Origin: Malacoraja senta
Taxonomy: Eukaryota
Length of the DNA stretch: 64,000 nucleotides
Assembly (NCBI GenBank): GCA_038087875.1
Contig: CM075997.1
Coordinates: 8,186,001 to 8,250,000 of the forward strand
Direction: 5' to 3'
Positions within the stretch are counted from its first letter, which is position 1. Every line of letters starts with the position of its first letter. Position numbers and translations under genes: made by a program. Shown piece by piece: positions 54,637 through 64,000 of this stretch. A model generated the notes under the pieces. That model searched no databases. It was not told where the DNA came from and saw nothing but the letters and a program-made list of their open reading frames with translations.

Positions 54637-57180
54637 ACATAGAAACATAGAAACATAGAAAAAGGGTGCTGCAGGAGGCCATTTGGCCATTCGAGCCAGC
54701 ACCGCCATTCATTGTGATCATGGCTGATCGTCCCCAATTAATAACCCGTGCCTGCTTTCTCCCCATATCCCTTGATTCCACTAGCCCCTAGAGCTCTATC
54801 TAACTCTCTCCTAAATCCTTCCAGTGATTTGGCCTCCACTGCCCTCTGTGGCAGGGAATTGCACAAATTCACAACTATCTGGTTTAAAAATATATTTCTC
54901 ACCTCAGTCTTAAATGGCCTCCCCTATATTCTAACACTGTGGCTCCTGGTTCTGGACACGCGCAACATTGGGAACAATTTTTGCTGCATCTAGCTTATCC
55001 AGTCCTTTTATAATTTAAAATGTTTCTATAAGATCCCCTCATCCTTCTAATCTCCAGCGAATACAAGCCTAGTCGTTTCAATCTTTCCTCATTTGACAGT
55101 CCCGCCATCCCAGGGATCAATCTCGTGAACCTACGCTGCACTGCCTCAATCACAAGGATTTCCTTCCTCAAATTAGGAGATCAAAACTGTACGCAATACT
55201 CCAGATGTGGTCTTACCAGAGCCCTATACAACTGCAGAAGAACCTCTCTACTCCTATACTGAAATCCTCTTGTTATGAAGGCCAACATTCCATTAGCTTT
55301 CTTCACTCCCTGTTGCACCTGCACGCCAACTTTCAGTGACCGGTGTACAGGGACACCAAGGTCTCGCTGTACCTCCCCATTACCTAACCTAACTCCATTG
55401 AGATAATAATCTGCCCCCTTGTTTTTGGCACCAAAATGGATAACCTCACATTTATCTATGTTATACTGCATCTGCCACGCATCTGCCCACTCACTCAAAC
55501 TGTCCAGGTCACCCTGCAACCTCCTAACATCCTCTTCACATTTCACACTGCCATCCAGCTTTGTGTCATCCGCAAACCTGCAAGTGTTGCTCCTAATTCC
55601 ATTTTCCAAATCATTAATATTTATGGTAAACAGTTGCGGCCCCAACACCGAGCCTTGCGGCACTCCATTCGCCACTGCCTGCCATTCTGAAAAGGACCCG
55701 TTCACTCCTACTCATTGCTTCCTGTCTGCTAAGCAAATTTCTATCCACGTCAACACCCTACCCCCGATACCATGTGCACTAATGTTAGTCACCAATCTCC
55801 CGTGCAGGACCTTATAAAGGCTTTCTGCAACACTACGTTCACTAGATACACTACATCCACTGGCTCACCTTCATCCATTTTAATGGTCACATCCTTCAAA
55901 AATTCCAGAAGATTACTCAAGCATGATTTTCCTTTCTTAAATCCATGCTGATTTGGACTAATCCTTTTACTGCTATCCTAATGCCCCATTATTACCTATT
56001 TAATAATTGACTCCAACATCTTTCCCAACACCGAAGTCAGGCTAACGTCTGTTATTCCCCGTTTTCTCTCTCGCTCCTTTCTTGGAAAGGGGGATAATAT
56101 TAGCTTTCCTCCAATCCACAGGAACTGATCCTGAATCCATTGAACATTGGAAAATGATCACCAATGCGCAAACTATTTCAAGACCCACCTCCCTGAAGTC
56201 CCCGGGATGCAGACCCTCAGTCCTAGGGGATTTATGATCATGCAGTCCCATTAGCCTACCCAAAACTATTTCTCGGCTACTGCAAATGTATTTCAGTTCC
56301 TCGCCCCCTTAGATCCTCTGTCCTCCAGTACATCTGGGAGATTGTTTGTGTCTTCCTTAGTGAAGACAGATCCGAAATACCTGTTCAACTCTTCTGCCAT
56401 TCCTTGTTCCCCATAATAATTTCATCCGTGTCTGCCTTCAAGGGACCCACATTTGACGTCACTATTCTTTTTCCCTTAACATACCTAAATAATCTTTTAC
56501 TGTCCTTCTTTACATTCCTGGCTAGCTTCCCTCGTACTTCATCTTTTCATCCCGTATTGCCCGTTTTGTTTCCTTCTGTTGTCCTATGCAAGTTTCCCAA
56601 TCCTCTCGATTCCAGCTACTCTTTGCTGCGTTATACATCTTTTCTTTAAGATTTATTCTATCCCTAACTTCTCTTGTCAGCCACTGTTGCCTCCTTATCC
56701 CCTTATAATCTTTCTTCATTTTTGGAATGAAATGATTCTGCGTCTTCCGGATTATGCCCAGAAATTCTTGCCATTGATGTTCCATCGGCATTTCTGCTAG
56801 TATCCCTTTCCAGTCTACCTTGGCCTGCTCCTCTCTCATGCCTTCATAGTCCCCTTTGCTCAACTGGAGCACTGACACTTCCGATTTAACGTTCTCCTTC
56901 TCAAATTGCAGATTAAAACTAATCATTTTATGATCACTAATTATGACCTCCAAGCGGTTCCTTTACCTCGAGTGCTCTTATCAAACCTGGTTCATTGGAC
57001 AACACTAAATCCAGAATTGCCTTTTCTCTGGTCGGCTCCATTACAAGCTGCTCTAAGAATCCATCACGGAGGAACTCTACACACTCTCTTTCTTGGGGTC
57101 CTGAACCTACCTGATTTTCCCAGTCTACCTGCATATTGAACTCCCCATCACCACAGTGGCATTACCTTTGTACATGCCAG
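54637..57180 (-). mobile_element. CR1 LINE (ORF2 broken), bounded on its 5' side by an L1 poly(A) tail
   Basis: [23 protein letters not shown] (55181-55705); APE-linker ORFs at 56522-57134; (catagaaa)n tail. Confidence 0.9.
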
Positions 57181-60100
57181 TTTTTATTTTCTTTCTTTTA
57201 AAATCATGTTATTGATTTTTTTCAAAACCCCCCAAAAATAATAATAAACATAACAGTGATATTGATACATAGGAATCAGTATTACATTAACAACAAGTAT
57301 AATCGAAGTATGTGTCCAGTGTCAAAATGCACATTGGGTACAGACCTCCCGGTCTATACCCAATGTAAATATAGTTAAGTGCTTAAAAGAGAACTTGTAT
57401 ATATAAAAACAAAAAGAAAAAAAGAAAAAAAGAAAAAAAGAGAAAAAAGAGAAAAGCAAAACCACCTAAACTAAAATAAGCGAAACAAAATCTGGGCTGC
57501 AAAGAATTTCAACAACTTAGGTCCCTGTTTCTCGTCAAGTCCGTTCCACCGTATAAAGGTAAGATAATTATTATAACGGTTGGAGATGGAACAATTTATA
57601 TCGTGTGAAAACATGGTATAAAGCTTCCCCAAGACCTATCAAATTTAACCAAGGGTTCAACAATGTGACTCCTATTTTTTCCAAGATTTAAACATGATAT
57701 CGTTTCAGAGTACCAATGAAGTGTGGTCGGTGGATTAGAGTCTTTCCATTTAAACAAAATAGATCTTCTGGCAATTACTGTAGTAAAGGCAATCAACCGA
57801 TGCGCTGAACGGGAAAGATGAGCAGAATCTAACATTGGTAGCCCAAAAAAGTGCAGTAATAGGATGCGGTTGTAAATCAATACATAAAACTGCAGAAATA
57901 TTATCAACAATTTCTTTCGAATATTTTTCCAAAAGTGGGCTAGACCAAAATATATGAGTCAGTGAAGTCACTTCAGAATTACATTTGTCACAGGTAGGAT
58001 TTATATGACCATAAAAACGAGCTAACTTATGTTTTGACATATGAGCTCGGTGAACCACCATGAATTGTATCAGAGCTTTTGTAGCACACATTGAAGAGGT
58101 ATTAACTAATTGAAGAATCCTCTCCCATTTCTCTATAAGCAGAGAAATTTGAAGTTCTCTTTCCCAACAATTCTTTTTTTTTTTCTTTTTTCTTTTACTT
58201 TTAAACCCTTACCCTTACCCACCTTCAACCCACCCAATTCAGGTCGGAGCCAAACGGGGACAAACAACACTCACATACGTACATATCCACACACAAATGG
58301 TAGAATAGACGAAACAAAATGTGCTATATAAAAATAAAAATAGAAAAATAAAAAATAAAAAAAAATATATATATACATATATATCTAAATAAACAATTGT
58401 AGGGAGGGGGGATTAAGGGGAAAGCAGCTGCTGTAGAACAAAACGATGATGGAGAACACTCAGTCCTCTTCCGAATCCGGGGACAAGGTAAGAGAGTTAA
58501 CCAGTTCAAAGAAAGGGTTCCATGTATCAAGGAATGTCTTGGTAGAGCCTTTGAGAGAGAACCTACGTTTTTCAAGTTTCAGATTGTAAAGCACCTCCTT
58601 AATCCAACGGGCGTGTGTCGGGGGACAGGTGAGCCTCCAACTAAGCAAGATGAGTCTCCGGGATAACAAGGTTGTAAAAGCTAGGACCCGTTTCACCGCA
58701 ACAGAGAGGTTGGTATTGGGAGGGGTACCGAAAATGGCTGACATTGGATTTGGAAGAATAGTCTGGTCGTAAGTTCTGCTTATCAATTCAAAAGCACTCC
58801 TCCAAAAGGCTGCTAGCTTAGGGCAAGACCAAAACATGTGGCTATGGTTGGCAGGAGATTGACTACATCTGTTACAGGTGTCATTGACAGCTGGGTACAT
58901 TCTAGCTAATCTTGCATTTGTATAGTGGACTTTGTAAAGGACTTTGCATTGGATTAGGCCATGACGAGCGCATATGGAAGAAGAGTGGATCAAATCCAAG
59001 GCAGAGTCCCATTGCTGGTCTGTTAATTGCGTATTCAGCTCTCCCTCCCACGCAGCTTTTAATGAGGTATGAGGTTTCAATAAATTAGCAAATTATACAA
59101 AATAGAGATGCATTTCTTCCGATTGGGGTCTAAAGCTAAGATGATATCAGTCAGGGTTTCAGGAGGGCGATTTGGGAAGTAGGGAAATGTCTTCTTCACA
59201 AAATCCCTAATCTGGAAAAACCGAAAAAGGTGGGAGTTTGGGAGGTTGTAGTTAGACGAGAGGTCCTCGAAAGATGAGAAGATACCTTCTTTATATAGGT
59301 TTTTAATACTACTGATGCCATTACTATGCCAGGTTTTAAATGCGTGGTCTATACTTGAATGTTTAAAAATGTGATTTTTAAGCAGTGGGGTCAAGATGGA
59401 AGGACCCTGTAAACCGAGGTTTTTCCTAAATTGTCTCCATATCTTGAGCGAAAGGGACACAATTGGGCCTGCACCTACAGATGTTATAGAAAGGGGGAGT
59501 TGGGAACATAGGACAGACCGCAATGGGAGACGTGAACTCGCCTTTTCCATGTATACCCAGATCGGTGGGTGCTCGCAATCATCATTCATCCAATACAGGA
59601 GTTTTTGCAAGTTAGCTGCCCAGTAGTATCGCCTAAAATCAGGGAGGGCCAACCATTCTTAATTTTTATCAGATGTACCTACTTGTAATTGCAAAGTCAA
59701 CTCATAAATAGTCGTTATTAAACCTTTCTGATAAGGTTCAAATGCAATTTCCCCCCGCCGAGATTTTGGTTTGATGTGGTAACGGAAAAGAGTGTAGAGT
59801 AGCCATCAAAATATGTCTAATTTGTAAATATCTAAAAAAAATGTGAGTTAGGTAGACTATATTTATTGGAGAGTTGTTCCAAAGACATAAGCAACCATCC
59901 AAAAACAAATCACGAAAAACTGCTAATCCCTTCTTCTTCCATAACAGAAAGGCTTGATCAGTACAAGAAGGTAGGAAGAAAAAAATAGATATGATAGGAC
60001 TCGATAAGATATAATCATTCAATCCAAAAAACTTACGAAATTGAAACCATATTCGCAATGTGGGTCTTATTATTGGGTTAATCGTATATTTAATCAATCT

Positions 60101-62596
60101 CGTAATTTTGAAAGGTGACGAGGCCCCTAGGATAGAAGCCAATGATATCCTTTGCATAGAATCACGTTCAAGATTTATCCATCCTGGGCATTGGATATCT
60201 TCTAAATCTTTTGTCCAAAACGTTAAATAACGAACATTAACTGCCCAATAATAAAATCTAAGGTTCGGCAATGCCAAACCACCATATATTTTTGATTTCT
60301 CTAAACATTTTTAACTTTGTCTGTGATTGTTATTCTGCCATATAAATGAAGAAATGTTTGAGTCAATAAATATGAAAATAAGATTTAGAAATAAAAATTG
60401 GTATAATCTGAAATAAATACAAACATTTAGGTAGGATAAACATTTTAATAGCACTGATTCGGCCGATTAGGGATCAGGACATTGGTGACCTATTAGTAAA
60501 CTTTTGTCTGATGTGGTCAATTAAGGGCATGAAATTGGCTTTAAATAGATCCTTGTGTTTCTTGGTAATCTTAATGCCTAAATAAGTAAAACAGTCGGTA
60601 GTCAATCTAAATGGAAACTGTCCATAATTCGAAATTTGATTGTTAATTGAAAAAGCTCACTCTTACTAAGATTTAGTTTAGAACCAGAGAAACAACTTAA
60701 TTGATTAAGTAGTGCTACTATTGCAGGAATATATTTCTCAGGGTTGGAGATCAATAATAACAGATCATCTGCATAGAGAGATATCTTACATATCTTATTT
60801 TCACGGACAATACCAAAAATATTAGGGGTTTCCCTAATAGCGGTGGCCAAAGGTTCCAAAGCGATATCAAACAATAAAGGACATAAACGACAGTACCTCG
60901 AAAGAACCTGAAAAAAGGGGATCTCTGATTATTGGTAAGTACAGAAGCTTGAAGTATATGATATATCAGCTTGATCCAAGAGATACATGTTGGACAATTC
61001 TTAAAATGTTCAAGTGTATTGAATAGGTATTCCCATTCTATTATATCAAATTACTTCTCAGCATCAAGTGAAATGACACATTCTGGAGTTCCCTTTGACG
61101 CTGTATATACAATATTCATTATTCTCCTAACGTTAAACTATGAGTAATGATTTTTAATAAAACCTGTCTGATCATCAGAAATAATTTGCGGTAAAATATT
61201 TTCCAATCTCATAGCTAATATTTTTGAACGAATTTTGGAATCCACATTTAACAGTGATATAGGTCTATATGATTTCACTTCAGTAAGGTCTTTATCTTCT
61301 TTACGAATTAAAGAGATGGATGTTTCATAAAAGGATTGTGGTAATTTAATCATTAAAAAGGCGTATTAAAAACCTTGCATAGCCAAGGGGCAGTAAACTT
61401 GAAAAATACTTTAAAAATTCCACTGTATACCCATCTAAACCGGAAGCTTTACCAGAATTCATCGAGAGGATTGCTTTCTGTATTTCTTCCTCTGTGATTG
61501 GTTCATCTTACAACAGAGACTCATTATGTGGTAAATTTGGCAAGTTCAGTTTCTTTAAAAACTCATGCATTATATTAGAATCAGTAGGAAATTCTGATTG
61601 GTATAGGGAGGTATAAAAGCCCTGAAAGGAATTGTTAATTTCATCATGATCTACTGTCAATGTACCAGTCCGTTTACTCACCTTAATAATCTGACGTTTG
61701 GCTGACACAGCTTTCAACTGATTGGCAAGTAATTTGCCAGATTTATCACCATGTATATAAAATTGACTTTTGGTTTTAAGTAGCTGATTCTCAATCGGTG
61801 ATACTAATAACAAATCATATCTCACTTGAAGTTCAACTCTATTCTTATTGAGCTATAAACTAGGAGCTTTTGAATAATTTTAATCAATTTATTTAATTCT
61901 CATCAACCAATGTACGTATTTCATTCTTAGTTTTTTTTTAAATCCCGCGGTGGAAGAAATAACGTGTCCACGATTATATGCCTTAAAAGCACCCCAGACT
62001 ACACCATTTATATATTTCTTCAGTAGAGTTTGTTAAGAAGAAGAAGGCAATCTGATCTTTAATAAAATTAACACAATTTAGATCCTGAAGCAAAGTAGTA
62101 TTAAATCGCCATTGTTTAGCACTAAACTTGGAATCAGGTAGTTTGATTGATAGTTTCAATGATTCATGATCATAAATAGCAATTGCCTCATACTCACAAT
62201 CAGAGACCGATGAAACAAGCCGGGAATCTATTATACAATAGTCAATCCGAGAGTAACGATGATATACATGAGAGACAAAGATAAATTCTTTGTCATTTGG
62301 GTGTAGGAATCTCCAGACTACCAACATTCCAGAGTCAAGTAAAACATAAATGATAAAACAAGCGGATTTATTTGGAAGCGCATGATTAGATGCAGATCTG
62401 TCCATCGAGGGATTCAGACAACAGTTAAAATCTCCACCCATTATCAAAAGATATTCATTTAGATTAGGAAAGGATGCGATTAACTGTTTAAAAAACTCAG
62501 GGTGATCAATACTAGGTGCATAAGCATTTAACATAACTACTTTTGGTTATGAACTAAACCAGTAATCATCAAAAATCTACCATATGTTTCAGAAAT
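57181..62596 (-). mobile_element. Decayed L1 ORF2 (older subfamily), interrupted by a second L1 at 58176-59648
   Basis: LNAYAP, MGGDFN, SRIDY (61983-62534); GDKSGKLLA; YRPISLLN; LYADDLL; ALPNLRFYYWA; CDKC-x8-HIFW. T-rich tail at 57181. Confidence 0.88.
58176..59648 (-). mobile_element. Nested 5'-truncated L1 (different subfamily)
   Basis: ALPDFRRYYWAAN (59077-59652) and CNRC-x8-HMFWSC (58460-59080). Imperfect 12-bp TSD ccaacaattctt (58164-75) and ccaaccattctt (59649-60) at TCTT/AA. Poly(T) from ~58174. Confidence 0.85.
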
Positions 62597-62625
62597 TGTT
62601 TCATAATGTTTCATAATGTTTCATA

Positions 62626-64000
62626 AATGAGACTGAAGTATGATAAATCCCCTGGGCCTGATGGTCTGCACCCCAGGGTCCTCAGGGAGGTGGCTCTAGA
62701 AATAGTGGATGCATTGGTGATTATTTTCCAATGTTCAATAGATTCAGGATCAGTCCCCGTGGATTGGAGGATAGCTAATGTTATCCCACTTTTCAAGAAA
62801 GGAGCGAGAGAGAAAACGGGGAATTACAGACCAGTTAGCCTGACTTCGGTGGTGGGAAAGATGCTGGAGTCGATTATTAAAGAGGTAATAATGGGGCATT
62901 TGGATAGCAGTAAATTGATTAGTTCAAGTCAGCATGGATTTATGAAAGGGAAATCATGCTTGACTAATCTTCTGGAATTTTTTGAGGATGTGACAAGTAA
63001 AATGGATGAAGGGGTGCCAGTGGATGTAGTGTATCAGAAAGCCTTTGATAAGGTCCCGCATGGGAGACTGGTGATTAAAATTAGATCACATGGTATTGGG
63101 GGTAGGGTGTTGACATGGATAGAAAATTGGTTGGCGGACCGGAAGCAAAGTTTAGGAGTGAACGGTCCTTTTCAGAATGGCAGGCAGTGGCGAGTGGAGT
63201 TGGGGCCGCAACCGTTTACCATATATATTAATGATTTGGATGAGGGAATTAGGAGCAACACTAGCAAATTTGCGGTTGACACAAAGTTGGGTGGGCGTGT
63301 GAACTGTGAAGAGGGTGTTAGGAGGTTGCAAGGTGACCTGGACAGGTTGCGTGCGTGGGCAGATGCTTGGCAGATGCAGTATAATATAGATAAATGTGAG
63401 GTTATCCAATTTGGCAGCAAAAACAAGGGGGCAGATTATTATCTCAATGGGGTTAGGTTAGGTAAGGGGAAGGTACAGCGAGACCTGGGTGTACTTGTAC
63501 ACATGTCACTAAAAGTTGGCGTGCATGTACAGCAGGCAGTGAAGAAAGCTAATGGAATGTTGGACTTCATAACATGAGGATTTCAGTATAGGAGTAAAGA
63601 GGTTCTTCTGCAGTTGTATAGGGTCTGGTGAGACAACGTCTGGAGTATTGTGTACAGTTTTGCTCTCCTAATTTCAGGAAGGACATCCTTGTGATTGAGG
63701 CAGCGCGGCATAGGTTCACGAGATGGCGGGACTGTCATATGAGGAAAGATTGAAAAGACTAGGCTTGTATTCACTGGAGTTTTGAAGGATGAGGTGGACC
63801 TTATAGAAACATATAAAATTATAAAAGGACTGGACAAGCTGGATGCAGGAAAGATGTTCCCAATGTTGGGCGAGTCCAGAACCAGTGCCCACAGTCTTAG
63901 AATAAAGGGGAGGTCATTTAAGACTGAGGTGAGAAAAAACGTTTTCACCCAGAGAGTTGTGAATTTATGGAATTCCCTGCCACAGAGGGCTGTGGAGGCC
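62626..64000 (+). mobile_element. 5'-truncated CR1 (RT to 3' region), running off the window
   Basis: ORF 62627-63577: SPGPDG, NYRPVSLTS, QHGFMKGKSCLTNL, KFAVD. Confidence 0.92.

Overview
Eukaryotic genomic DNA made almost entirely of nested transposable elements. The repeat families suggest a cartilaginous fish, probably a skate or ray (inference). There is a 200-N assembly gap at 22448-22647. Most of the window is CR1 LINE fragments of several ages. Larger pieces are: a young 5'-truncated L1 with an uninterrupted 1263-aa ORF2 and 17-bp TSD; a full-length Mag-like Ty3/Gypsy LTR retrotransposon with identical 204-bp LTRs and one open gag-pol ORF; a structurally complete but decayed DIRS tyrosine-recombinase retrotransposon; a near full-length single-ORF L2; two Rex1/Babar LINEs; a Penelope (GIY-YIG) element with hammerhead-like terminal repeats; an IR/DR Tc1 remnant; and further L1s. 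A ~4.58-kb tandem duplication (36067-45229) creates a three-LTR composite. No host protein-coding gene can be confidently called; two candidate + strand microexons (33 and 27 nt) lie in non-repeat islands. I found no clear evidence of a wholly new biological system. The best leads are a 94-bp TSD-flanked hammerhead-ribozyme insertion, a signal-peptide-like N-terminus on the L2 ORF, the three-LTR composite, and recurrent templated duplications at CR1 5' junctions.
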